A DNA stretch of 63,554 bases, counting the filler, from Octopus bimaculoides (Eukaryota): assembly GCF_001194135.2 (NCBI RefSeq). It is 5 parts of 4 records of this genome, joined end to end, with 100 filler letters (N's around TTAATTAATTAA, not from the genome) between each part and the next. Parts side by side here need not be neighbours in the genome. Positions count along the whole stretch, not along the records: positions 48,271 to 57,454 come from NC_068986.1; positions 57,555 to 60,542 come from NC_068981.1; positions 60,643 to 63,554 come from NC_068983.1; 2 more parts are not named here. One strand, given 5' to 3'. Positions 50,751 through 63,554 of this stretch are shown piece by piece. How positions within the stretch are numbered: the stretch's first letter is position 1; the number at the start of each line of letters is the position of its first letter. A program made the position numbers and the translations under genes. A model generated the notes under the pieces. It made no database searches and was not told where the DNA came from. It saw only the letters and a list, made by a program, of their open reading frames with translations.

Positions 50751-51463
50751 ATTTTATTATTAGAAATTGTGTATGAGTGCTTCTGTGTGGTTGTATGAGT
50801 TAATGTTTATATAGGTATATATGTCGATAAACAGACCATTAGTCTCAAAGAAATTTCCTAATTATACATAACGATCCTCGATATAGAAATTGCTATTGAT
50901 CTATGATGTGTGACTATATAAATGCTTAACCGTCAGTTCAGTTTGTAAGTTACTAAGACACTACATGTTTCTATGTGCTTGTAGGTTTTCGCAAAAGGGT
51001 GCTAGTCAACATATATCACAAAACTATACGAATATATCAATACTATTGTATTGACATTGGAAGAAAGCAATGTTTTAAAGGTTTCACTTCAAAATATCAG
51101 CAAAGCATTTCAGAAGCTAAACATATCAATAGATGCTTCTATAATATCTTTCAGTAGCTTATAGTCAACCACATTATTAGTACGTACGCATACATCCATA
51201 CTAGTGTTAACGCGTGGAAGGGTTGATTTCAGCGGCATCAAAGAATAATCAATATTACATCAAGAATCCAACACGCGGTTTGCTAGCATAGGATTCTTTA
51301 TTCTCATTGGTTTGATATGAAAATATATATTTCGTATTACGTAAAATGTTTATGAATCCACATAATTAACTTTTTGCACATAGAATCTCGTGTAGTTTTT
51401 CCTATACATACTTACATATATACATGTGTATATGAATATATTTTATATAGCTAGCTAGCTAGC

Positions 51464-51517
<54 letters not shown>

Positions 51518-51554
51518 TACACACACATATACATATGTACATACACACATAAAT

Positions 51555-51645
<91 letters not shown>

Positions 51646-51789
51646 AACACACAAATATGAGGGAATACAAGTTCAAAAGAAGCTATAACCAGCCGAGCAC
51701 TCAAAAATAGTCTGAGAATGAATAACGTACATAATCCATAATCTTTAGACCGACAAAATACATTTTACATATTATATATATATATATAT

Positions 51790-52720
51790 TCATTTTAGCC
51801 CACGGTATGAGGCCATGCTGGGGCACCGCCAGTACTATAACCTTTTCAATGGCAATTCTCTTATGGCTAGCTTTTGGTGAATGAGCTAGTTTGATACAGC
51901 TGCTCTCTTTTGAGTTTCTTTCCATGATGTAGGTTCATTTACGATGGGAAGAGCAGAATGTAAAATTGCTTCTTGGAAACATCTACCAGTAACAACTCCG
52001 TATAAATCTCTCAGATCTTTTAGCAATGTATTAAATACCTGTGGACCTTTGTATTCCAGACTATTGCAGTCCTTGGTCCTCACTGTTGACAGACTGGGTG
52101 GTACGTTTAGAACAGTGCAGTGACATCTAAGTTTGGGAGCTGGTATAACCTTCGATTCCGAAGTTTGGTGTCAGCCCTGTAGGATCTTCCATATGTATAT
52201 CATTGCATATTTCTCCCGCCTTCACTCCGCTATAGACACTGTGGGGTGACCATAGTTGAGAACAGTAGTCCAGACAGCTGAGGACAAAAGTCATTATACA
52301 AACAGCAGAGTTTCTTGAATCTTTATTCTGGAGATGCTCATAATCCAGCCAACTATTTGATGCACATTGCCACCATCTTGAGGATATATACATGAAACAA
52401 GGTGTCATCGTTCATATCAATACCCAGATTACGCACTATACTTCACTCTGGGATTGCTTTTCCCTTTGGATCCGAATATCTTTGTTGCGACATAGTAGCA
52501 CAAAATGGCGATAGCGGAGGGTTTAGAATTTTCATGCATTACACTGATTGTTGTTTTCCTCAGCCCATCTGTATGTAGCATCTAGGTTTTTCTGTAGAAG
52601 ATTGCCATAGAAAGGTCCCTTGACTACTTATACTACATTCGTATCGTCGGCATAGTTAGTAAGTGTGGTTGTCTGTGTAACCGATGGAATGTCCAAAAGA
52701 CCCACCATAAACAGCAGCTA
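51790..52720 (-). mobile_element. Decayed CR1-clade LINE, RT C-terminus and 3' tail
   Basis: NYADDT at about 52650; LDYCSQLWSP; NSLEYKGPQVFN..NEP..RAAVSN; tail ggcggtgccccagcatggcc. Confidence 0.85.
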
Positions 52721-53640
52721 CCACAAGGTAGTTTACTGAAGTTGACACCATTCAACGATGTGCCGAACTGCTCTGCAATGTCGGTTTTGACAGCGTCGGC
52801 TGGCAACAGGCCAAGATGCTAATTAGATTCGGTGGTCTTGGTCGCTGTTTTCAGGTGGACCTGGCACTACCGGCCTATCTTTCGTCGGTTTCCTCCAGCC
52901 GCACCTTCATTGGATGGCCGAACCAGATGTCGCCCGGGAATTGGAGTCAGCTCTAGCTGATTGGACCGCTGAAAGCCTTACCGTCCCCCAGAACGCAACT
53001 GGGACGACATGAGATGTTAGCCCACCTTCGAGCGGTTAGAGACATTACTAGACCAGCACCACCTTGTCTACTTCTGTTCCGCCTCACAGCCAAATAGCAG
53101 TGCATGGTTCAATTCAGTGCCCTCTTCATCTACCGATACACTTCTAGATGATGAGTACACTCGTATTGGAATGGCACAACGCCTCGGTTTTACGTGTGTG
53201 AGTTGCATAAATGTTGATGTGGAGACGAATTCGGCCTGCATCCATTATCCTTCAGCCTTAGCGCGAGCTGATTCCGCCGACACGCCACTGAAAGCGACAA
53301 AGATTTCCTCAGAAACATTTGAAAAACTGCATTGAATCACAATAAATGGAAGTTAATAAGTTATAAAGACATAAAACACGATGACTTTAGCTGTCTGGAA
53401 TATCTTAAAGAACTGAGGGCAAAGACAAAGTCTCGAGCTATCTTGCAGCTGTTTTGTGTAACAATCTTCTGTTATGATAAATCTGTGAACTCGTCTGTAA
53501 ATGATTCGATAGATTGAAGTCTCATAAAAGGCATAGGCATCAGAACCCAAAAAAAAAGATAAAATAAATGGGAGGATTCACCACATATATTCCAGTCTCT
53601 ACCCCTGTATCTAGGGCGGGTACGACTGGCTTCATTACGT

Positions 53641-53695
<55 letters not shown>

Positions 53696-55496
53696 CATAG
53701 TGTAGGTAGTTAGGGTAAATCCTGGCTTTTTCCTCTTAATATAAAAAACTGTATGCTTGTGTGTGTACGTGTATGTATGTGTGTGTGTGTAGGTGTGTGT
53801 ATACAATCATAATGGTGAATTACGCGAAGGAACGTTATACAAACTTGTGTCTATCCTTATTTTTCCTACACACACACACACATAAATATGTTTATATATA
53901 TATGTTTATAGCATATATATATATATGTTTATATATATATGTATATATATACAGGTATATTGGTGCAAACAGGAACAATAGAACTTAAAATATGAGTATA
54001 TATATATATATATATATATATATATNNNNNNNNNNNNNNNNNNNNNNNNNNNNNNNNNNNNNNNNNNNNNNNNNNNNNNNNNNNNNNNNNNNNNNNNNNN
54101 NNNNNNNNNNNNNNNNNNNNNNNNNNNNNNNNNNNNNNNNNNNNNNNNNNNNNNNNNNNNNNNNNNNNNNNNNNNNNNNNNNNNNNNNNNNNNNNNNNNN
54201 NNNNNNNNNNNNNNNNNNNNNNNNNNNNNNNNNNNNNNNNNNNNNNNNNNNNNNNNNNNNNNNNNNNNNNNNNNNNNNNNNNNNNTATATATAAATACAG
54301 CTATATGCAAATATTTATAAATATATACATATACATGTGTATGTATGTATGTATGTATATATGTATGGGCTTATGTATGCTTATGTATAAGAGCTCGCTT
54401 CTAACAGATATATAGTTTTCTTTTTTTTTTTGTTTGTAACAAAAACGTATGTGGAGCGTGAGTATGCGTATGTGTATGCGCGCGCGCGCGTGTGTGGTCT
54501 TTCATGACAATTACGCCAGCAGAATTGCTATGGAAATATGGTTTATTTCTTTATTACTATAAGTCCTATAAAACCTATCCACTACGGAGTAGACGCTATA
54601 AAATCTCCACCAAAAGCTTTTAAAGTAAATTATCTCATTTCTGTCAATAACTCTTAACATTATCATTGCGAGAATTTGAATCCACAATAAAGAATGTGCA
54701 CATCACCTTAATTATTTTAGAATGAATATAGTAGAACATCTATCTTGAATGTATAGAATTATATCTACATATCAATAGAAAAAGAGATATTTTCGCCATG
54801 AGTCAAGACTTTAATTTATTGCAGGAAATCTAAGATATAGCAAAATTATTAGATGCCCAATTTCTCGTTTTATTAGTTTATTGATGTTATTCATCGTAAA
54901 CAACTCTTAATGCACCGAGTAAAAGGTCACGTAATGAAGCTTCCCTTATTGGATTTTATATCTTCTCTCTAGGCAATAGATATCAGTCTATAAAGATTTG
55001 CATACACGTTTGTTGCTTCTTTGATGCTCGAAATTAACTGATGCCTTATAAATTTATTTATTTTGAAAATATTGATCAGCTACTAGTTTGGTTTGTTCTA
55101 GTTTCATGATCTCCATACGGTATCCAATTACATCAACAGCAACTCTTATCTTTCAAAAAGCAAATGTTCATTAATATAATTAATTGAAATAATATTCTAG
55201 ATCGACGACCGCAAATGTCTTATTTTTCCTTTGGTCTTTAGAAAATACTATCCCGTTTATTTAGTCTTCCAGTACCACCTCTTCTTTTCAATGCATTTGT
55301 TTTCATTTATATCTTAATAACACAACGTCTTGGTAACTGTTTTTAAATCGGGATTTTGTTTTTCAAAACCTGTTTGAAAAGTAAAGGAAAAAAAGATGTG
55401 ATCGTATCACCAGTCATTTGCACTAATGAACGCTTTTAGTCACAAATTGACTACCACTAAAATTAGCAAGACTGTATTCAAATATTGATTTCAAAT

Positions 55497-55692
55497 TTTG
55501 GCACAAGGTCAACATTTTCGTGGGAGGGAGTAAGTCGATTACATCGATTCCAGTACTCATCTAGTACCTATTTTATCGTTCCCGAAAGGATGAGAGCCGA
55601 CCGTAGCAGAATTTGAACTTAGAACATGAAAACGGACGAAATGCCGCTAAGCATTTCGACCGGCATGCTAACGATTCTATCAGCTCGCCGTC
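55497..55692 (-). mobile_element. SINE family A, diverged
   Basis: Matches 31495-31703. Confidence 0.8.
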
Positions 55693-56205
55693 TCAATATA
55701 TTCAAATATTATGATTAAATAATGTCACCGAATTATTTTTTATTCTTTCTCCTCTTCTCACTGCTGCAGTGGATCGACAATTAGACGTTGAAGAAACGAA
55801 TACTTATTTCCCAATATTTTATATTATTGCTTTCAATGAATAATTATTGCGCTAAATGTATGTGTTATTAATGATACTTTCCATTAAAATTTCAGATTTC
55901 TCGGTAAATATCTTTAACTACTCTTAATGTGTTATGCGAATCAGAATATTCTATAATTTACGATGATATACATAATCGCAATTCCTAAATTTAGGAGGAC
56001 ATGGTGAATTAAATCATACTGCAATAGGATTATTAACAGCTGATTATGTGAAAGCATATTCAATGTCTACAATATATTAAGTTTGCATTAAAATAATGCA
56101 AGGAATGAGACCAAAGTTTCTCGATTAACTTATTCGCTTTCTTTTCAAGTGGAAATGTAGCAAAGTCCACTGTACAGTACCAGGCCTAGATCTGAAACTT
56201 TAATG

Positions 56206-56457
56206 CAGTGGTTCTCAACTATTTTTTGCCTATAGGCTCTTTTGATTTCTATTTTACTTTACTGGACATCCGTAGCTATTCGGTGTGTATAAAAGACATA
56301 CTACTGTATTTTTATAACTAAATGTTATTAGGAATTCTTTAAAAAAATTTTATGTCTTGTGTATTGTAGAAGTAGAAATAATTTGTTGCTCATAAATTTT
56401 AACAAAATCTTTTATGGACCCCCCAAGAGCCATATGGACCCCGATTGAGAACCATTG
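56206..56457. mobile_element. hAT (Charlie-like) MITE
   Basis: TIRs CAGTGGTTCTCAA / TTGAGAACCATTG (12/13); perfect 8-bp TSD CTTTAATG at 56198-56205 and 56458-56465. Confidence 0.95.
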
Positions 56458-57407
56458 CTTTAATGTATAATTTATTTCGATCTAGTACAAACAGACATAA
56501 GGATTCTGTCCAAAAATCTTCGTAGGATATATTGTATTTATATGCTTAAAAATGTTTTCAGCACTGCGCATGCTATCCTGAATTACTTTTTCCTCTTAAA
56601 CGACATTTTGTGAATGATTTACTAACGACACAACTTCAACACTCCAGTAGTCATCACTAATATTATTGATTTCTTACATAGTGGCAATGATTCAAGAGGA
56701 AGGTAAAAATTGTTATATATTATTAAAGCCACCCTCAAGAGCATTATTTAAAAAATGATATATTATCTAAGGTTTTCGTGAACGACTACGTTCCTCACTT
56801 CAACTAATTTTAGAAAATAATTTATGGTGCGTGTATATTCTTCCCAAGATGTAAATTTATGTCATATTCAGGTTTCCTTTTCAGAGCCTGAAACTACTGC
56901 AGCTGCTAATTATATACACAAATAGGAAACTATATTACTGCATACAACTGACACGCGAGAAGCGCGTATATCCATAAACAAATAAACAAAAAATTGTCTT
57001 CCAGATATACAAGTTTCTATTTCTTACCAAGTAATCTTCTTCAGACAAAGATTTGTCTCGTCTCCACTTAACAATTTGAAAAGCATGACTACGACTGCTC
57101 TTTATGAGTCTCTTCTAGCTTCGGATGCATAAACATTTACGTCATCGGAGATGAAATTATACCAATTATATCAGAAATGAAAGAACTATATAAATATATA
57201 ATGATTTAACTAATCTAATCCAGTTACGTTGTTGGTATTCTTAGATTTCGAACAAGCGATCGAAGATGTTCAACTTAGTACCTACTATATTTTATATACA
57301 AGACGCTTTCAGTCATATTGTTGATAATCTTAATCAGCATCTCTCTCTCTCTCTCTCTTTCTCTCTTTCCCTTTCTCTCTCTTTCTCTCTTTCCCTCTCT
57401 ATCTCTC

Positions 57408-57454
<47 letters not shown>

Positions 57455-57625
57455 NNNNNNNNNNNNNNNNNNNNNNNNNNNNNNNNNNNNNNNNNNNNTT
57501 AATTAATTAANNNNNNNNNNNNNNNNNNNNNNNNNNNNNNNNNNNNNNNNNNNNAAGGTTTAATTGTATTTCTTTCAACACACGTATCCACATCAAGAAT
57601 CTTGCACGCGAAATACACATACGAA

Positions 57626-57673
<48 letters not shown>

Positions 57674-57704
57674 GTACATGTATATATATTATATATTTGC
57701 ACAG

Positions 57705-57835
57705 GTTTGGATGTGTGATAAGTTTTCCTCCTACCACATGGTTCATGGTTCACTGTCACAATGTGATATCTTAGCTAAGTTTCTTAGCCTTGGGCCTGCC
57801 AAAGCCTTGTGAGTAGATGGAGAGCTGTGCTGTAT

Positions 57836-57882
<47 letters not shown>

Positions 57883-57896
57883 CATACATACATACA

Positions 57897-57927
<31 letters not shown>

Positions 57928-58145
57928 GTGTGTATGCGTGTGCGTGTCTGTTTGTGTTTGTTCCCCACCACCGCTTGACACCTGTAGTTGTTTTGTTTAC
58001 GTCCCGTAACTTGATAGTTAAGCGAAAACGACCTATAGAATAAGTGCCAGTTTATATTAAAAAAAAAAGGCACCGGTGTCGACTTGTTCTACGAAATCCT
58101 TCAAGGCAGTGCTGCAGCATGACCACAGCCCAGTGATTGAAATAT
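57705..58145 (+). mobile_element. SINE family B with internal (ATAG)n(ATAC)n
   Basis: Head, body, internal microsatellite and tail gcagcatgaccacag present. Confidence 0.8.
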
Positions 58146-58404
58146 ATATATATACACACACACAATCAGAAAAAAATATGTGTGTACAGTGAGATACAAA
58201 TGTATATAGAGAGAGAAAGGCAACATAGAAAGTGAGATTACACAGAGGGGAATAGACAGATGTACAATGTCAGTGATATAAAGAAGGAGAAAGAAAACAA
58301 AGAGTAAAATTATGTGGTAGGTGGAGAAAAGGCGTGAGGGCGTCATACTGTGTCCGTGTGTGTGTGTATGTGACAGCGACAGAGATAAAGAGAGAGAGAG
58401 GCAG

Positions 58405-58495
<91 letters not shown>

Positions 58496-58638
58496 AAGAG
58501 ACAGAGTGAAAGAGAGGCCGGCAGAGCGTGCGTGAGTACTTGTTTGTGTGCGCGTATTTGTACAAGTGTGTTTTTGTGTTTGTTGAGAAAGACATGAATG
58601 TGGACATACGAGAATGTATTCTGTCTGTTTTCGTGCAG

Positions 58639-58823
58639 GCAAAGCAACAGAACAGATGAACATCCTGCATGTAAATCGAGGATGAATACGACTAACGCCG
58701 CCAACAAATCACTTTCAAAACAACATTACAGTGGCAATCTATCAAACAATGAAGTTTTCTCGAGGATAAATTTTTCGCATGATCAATGTAATAGCACTGG
58801 TCTCTTGACTGATCACATTACAG
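58639..58823 (+). CDS. Exon of an unidentified, probably extracellular glycoprotein
   Basis: Acceptor gttttcgtgcag|, donor CAG|gtaagt; single open frame QSNRT..MNTT..NKS..NLS..NFS..NST..ITG with six N-X-S/T sequons. Confidence 0.6.
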
Positions 58824-59354
58824 GTAAGTTTGTTGATTATTTTCGACTTGAAGATATAACACATTATCAACTATTTCATTAATGTTTATTATTTCATATA
58901 TTTCTGAACGTTATCTATATTGTTTCTATTTCATTTTTTACACTTCGCTCTGTATATTGTTATCAATGCAACTACAGAACGTGTGTGAGTATATATATAC
59001 ATATATATANNNNNNNNNNNNNNNNNNNNNNNNNNNNNNNNNNNNNNNNNNNNNNNNNNNNNNNNNNNNNNNNNNNNNNNNNNNNNNNNNNNNNNNNNNN
59101 NNNNNNNNNNNNNNNNNNNNNNNNNNNNNNNNNNNNNNNNNNNNNNNNNNNNNNNNNNNNNNNNNNNNNNNNNNNNNNNNNNNNNNNNNNNNNNNNNNNN
59201 NNNNNNNNNNNNNNNNNNNNNNNNNNNNNNNNNNNNNNNNNNNNNNNNNNNNNNNNNNNNNNNNNNNNNNNNNNNNNNNNNNNNNNNNNNNNNNNNNNNN
59301 NNNNNNNNNNNNNNNNNNNNNNNNNNNNNNNNNNNNNNNNNNNNNNNNNNNNNN

Positions 59355-59389
<35 letters not shown>

Positions 59390-59396
<7 letters not shown>

Positions 59397-59600
59397 TTTG
59401 CGTCTGTGTTTGTCCCCCCACCGTTGCTTGACAACCGGTGCTGGTATGCTTATGGCCTCGTAACTTAGTGGTTCAGCCAAAGAAATTGAAAGAACAAGTA
59501 CTAGGCTTTAAATCGTAAGGTTGATTTGTTCGACTGAAACCCTTCAAGGAGGTACTCCAGCATGGCCGCAGTCAAATGACTGTAACATGTAAAGGACAAG
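59390..59600 (+). mobile_element. SINE family B, 3' part after gap
   Basis: gtctgtgtttgtccccccaccg..ccagcatggccgcagtcaaatgact. Confidence 0.85.
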
Positions 59601-59622
59601 CACACACACACAGACACACACA

Positions 59623-59653
<31 letters not shown>

Positions 59654-59790
59654 GCATACACACACACAGGCGTATATGTGCATGACTGTGTCTGCGTGTG
59701 TAATAGGTATAAATGTGTTTGCGCGTGTACGTGTGTTTACATACACATATAACATACATACATGCGGCCATATATACACATACATAAGTT

Positions 59791-59846
<56 letters not shown>

Positions 59847-60058
59847 AGAGGAGGGAGAGCGTGAGAGAGGGAAAGGAGGGTGCGAGAGAATTAGACAAAC
59901 AATTAGAGCGAGAGAAAGAGAGCATATATACATATACACTCGCACACACATGTAGTTTGTTTTTATGTGAAGTTATGCATAAAAAAATAATTTAGCATTA
60001 AGCTGAAAGATTAATTGATACTTTTTAGTAGAGTGCGTAGCTTTTCATTTAACAAGAA

Positions 60059-60097
<39 letters not shown>

Positions 60098-60503
60098 TAT
60101 GTATGTATGTGTATAACTTTTGTTAACAAGGTAATGCCTCACAACCACACAATTGTTTTAATATCTTGTATATCTTAAAAGGCTAAAACGATTATCTTTT
60201 GAAAAAAAATGCAAAGATATATATAGAATCATTTGTTTAATAAAAAATATCATCTCTGCACTTAAAACGTTTTGAGGATTTTTTAAGAGTTATGGTCAAC
60301 TTTGTTCCATGGGTATGTAGCGAATATATCACGCACACGCGCGCGTAAACAAATATCTATATATATTTGTAATTGTATGTGAATGTGTGTATGCATAGAC
60401 ATATACACAGGATTGCAGTAAACAAACATGAATAAAAAAAAGCAGCCAGTTCATATATTTATATTTATATATTTAGCTTAGATGTATGTGTGTGTGTATG
60501 TGT

Positions 60504-60542
<39 letters not shown>

Positions 60543-60706
60543 NNNNNNNNNNNNNNNNNNNNNNNNNNNNNNNNNNNNNNNNNNNNTTAATTAATTAANN
60601 NNNNNNNNNNNNNNNNNNNNNNNNNNNNNNNNNNNNNNNNNNTGTGCACATGTATATTGCGGTTATTTTGGTTTCCTTTCAACTAAAAATATACATACTA
60701 TTTCAG

Positions 60707-60814
60707 GTACCTCTAATATTGTCCAGAGTTATTATTTCTCTTCTCAATGTTATCATAATGTAATGGAAATACTACCCACCAAAAGTATGAACCGCTCTAT
60801 ACAGTTTCATTCAG
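60707..60814 (+). CDS. Next exon of the same gene (phase 1-1)
   Basis: tatttcag| .. CAG|gtaaat; 108 nt; (G)TSNIVQSYYFSSQCYHNVMEILPTKSMNRSIQFHS; frame-compatible with 58639-58823. Confidence 0.55.
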
Positions 60815-62186
60815 GTAAATTACGCATAATTTCACATGTGTGTGTGTGTGTGTGTGTGTGTGTCTTCTGCTTTTATCTTTTATCTTTGATTTGTTATTCT
60901 CATTAGACTGTGGCCATGCTAGGCCACCGAATTGGAGAATATTTAGTTGAACAAATCGACGCCACCGATTCTTTTATAAAACCCTAGTACTTATCCAAGC
61001 GACTTACTTATGGGTACCTAAACACACTAACATATTTACCCAACGATGATGGTGTACAAGCACACATTCACAAATTCACAAACGCACGTACGCACTCTAA
61101 AATATATGTACATTTGTCCTGATGAAAAGCAATTCAATTCGGTTGTTTCACTTTCGAGTAGAATAGACAGAATGAAAAGTTAAATAAAGACAACGCAAAG
61201 CCCTGCAACTTTAGCTATGATGTTATTACAAACAATGTAATTATACATGCGCCTATGGTGATTTTTTTTCTCCTTCTTTGGGCATTTCCTTTTTCTCCTC
61301 TCCGGCAAAGAGCCATGCTCCAAATGTCAAACTCTGTCTTTTCTCCTAACGTCTAGTGCAAGTTCCCTTGTTGTCTGTTAATTTTACTTGTTTACATGAA
61401 TTGACTATATACATACATATATACATATATATACATATATATATATATNNNNNNNNNNNNNNNNNNNNNNNNNNNNNNNNNNNNNNNNNNNNNNNNNNNN
61501 NNNNNNNNNNNNNNNNNNNNNNNNNNNNNNNNNNNNNNNNNNNNNNNNNNNNNNNNNNNNNNNNNNNNNNNNNNNNNNNNNNNNNNNNNNNNNNNNNNNN
61601 NNNNNNNNNNNNNNNNNNNNNNNNNNNNNNNNNNNNNNNNNNNNNNNNNNNNNNNNNNNNNNNNNNNNNNNNNNNNNNNNNNNNNNNNNNNNNNNNNNNN
61701 NNNNNNNNNNNNNNNNNNNNNNNNNNNNNNNNNNNNNNNNNNNNNNNNNNNNNNNNNNNNNNNNNNNNNNNNNNNNNNNNNNNNNNNNNNNNNNNNNNNN
61801 NNNNNNNNNNNNNNNNNNNNNNNNNNNNNNNNNNNNNNNNNNNNNNNNNNNNNNNNNNNNNNNNNNNNNNNNNNNNNNNNNNNNNNNNNNNNNNNNNNNN
61901 NNNNNNNNNNNNNNNNNNNNNNNNNNNNNNNNNNNNNNNNNNNNNNNNNNNNNNNNNNNNNNNNNNNNNNNNNNNNNNNNNNNNNNNNNNNNNNNNNNNN
62001 NNNNNNNNNNNNNNNNNNNNNNNNNNNNNNNNNNNNNNNNNNNNNNNNNNNNNNNNNNNNNNNNNNNNNNNNNNNNNNNNNNNNNNNNNNNNNNNNNNNN
62101 NNNNNNNNNNNNNNNNNNNNNNNNNNNNNNNNNNNNNNNNNNNNNNNNNNNNNNNNNNNNNNNNNNNNNNNNNNNNNNNNNNNNNN

Positions 62187-62217
<31 letters not shown>

Positions 62218-63367
62218 TACATATATACATATATATTGATGATTTACATTTCAAAGGAAAAATCTAGGGGAATAATTATTAGGTAGCTAAGTGTCCCAGG
62301 ATAGTGTCCGGGATAGTAAGTCTTATTTAGTAGAAAATAGGGAAATTGAACAAGGAGACCAATTCTAGGGGTGTTGTTAAAGCTTTTATGTCTTGAAAAA
62401 AAAAATTCTTCTACATGTGTTTCGATGGATGAACTGCAAAATGTCCGACAGGGAAAATAATGGTCAGCATTGCATCAGTTTCATCGGGAAGGATATAAAT
62501 AACAAACCCATCACACAGACACGTTAACAGAAATAGTAAGTTCTATAAAATGTAACGTAATTACATTAATCTGCACACACGCGTACACACACTCACATAT
62601 GTGACGTGTCAATATAAACATTAAATACCCACAAACAACAGCACAAACGTATACAAATACACACACACAGACACTCACACACATATATATATATAAACGC
62701 AGTAACATACATACATATAGACATAAATATATACTTATACACATTTATAAATATATACATAGATACACACACACATATATATACATATATACATATTGTT
62801 TCTATCTATAAACATATACATAAATATATACATATACATACACACAAACACACATGCATATACATGCAAAAATTCGGTCGGCCTAAGGTTATAGATCTCT
62901 CTTGTCTAAAATGCCATGGAAGGAAACTGAAACCAGAAACACGTGTGTACGTACACATATATCAATGTATGAATTACATTTTGTCATATTTTCATTTCAT
63001 TTATTGGCTAAAACTATCACAGAATCATTGTGAAGGGACCTGAGTTTCATGTATTATCTAGTTTTACGAGTAAACTGATTCTGCTGGTCTTACATTTTGG
63101 CACAGACTAGCAAACTTCAGGAGAAGAAGGTTTATCAATTACATTCAGCCTAGTGTTTTACTGGTACGTATAACAATCTCGATAGGAGGACATTCAAAGT
63201 TTACCTTGGCCGGTCACAATGTCTCAAATTATTTAACCCGGCATTTTAACGATTCTGTCAACTTGCGATTCTGTCGTCTCGCGATCTCATTACTTTGCAC
63301 TTATGAAAATACCTTTTTGCATTTGTTTATATTCAATTGAACAACTCAATTTTGACCAATTCAGCAG

Positions 63368-63534
63368 GTACGGGAATGCAAGCGCCTGAAGCAAATTACA
63401 ACGCAAATATAAATTCGGAATATATATTTGTGGCATTTAAGAGATCGTGGTTTTCAGTGTTTTTATATAAACTTCCTACACAAAATTCGCCGACTGTCTA
63501 TCTCGACGAAGAGCAATTCATTTCAGTTGTTTAA
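63368..63534 (+). CDS. Possible terminal exon of the same gene
   Basis: aattcagcag| phase 1, (G)TGMQAPEANYN..QFISVV*; weak acceptor, and the junction could equally be a donor. Confidence 0.3.
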
Positions 63535-63554
63535 CTTCCAATGGGGAAAGATTG

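Noticed and set aside
54820-57340. Several strong acceptors (about 54825, 54973, 55770, 57253) as upstream exons of the plus-strand gene
   Set aside because: Each has stops in the relevant frames or lacks a good donor. 55770-55857 could be a 5' UTR exon but cannot be supported without transcripts.

Overview
AT-rich, microsatellite-dense, gapped animal genomic DNA. Its SINE families and repeat load suggest an octopus (inferred, not verified). Most of the window is intergenic or intronic, with dozens of tRNA-derived SINEs in three families. It also holds decayed LINEs (CR1, Tx1/L1-like, RTE-like), Penelope-like elements, one Gypsy LTR element with a 4-bp TSD, and Tc1/mariner and hAT derivatives. 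One intact tRNA-Ala(AGC) gene lies at 14724-14796. The most notable item is absent from the ORF track as a gene: a spliced minus-strand gene at about 30.1-28.8 kb (TATA, ATG-G micro-exon, signal-peptide plus helix exon, and a third exon running into a gap). Its exon phases and helix pattern resemble long-chain class I helical cytokines/hormones (prolactin/GH/LIF type). Other oddities are a foldback MITE with a 64-bp palindrome of telomeric repeats, two Tc1/mariner foldbacks built from duplicated right ends, an inverted Penelope pair, a minimal hammerhead-like motif, and plus-strand exons rich in N-glycosylation sequons at 58.6-63.5 kb. Nearly all long ORFs in the supplied track are microsatellite or N-gap artefacts.
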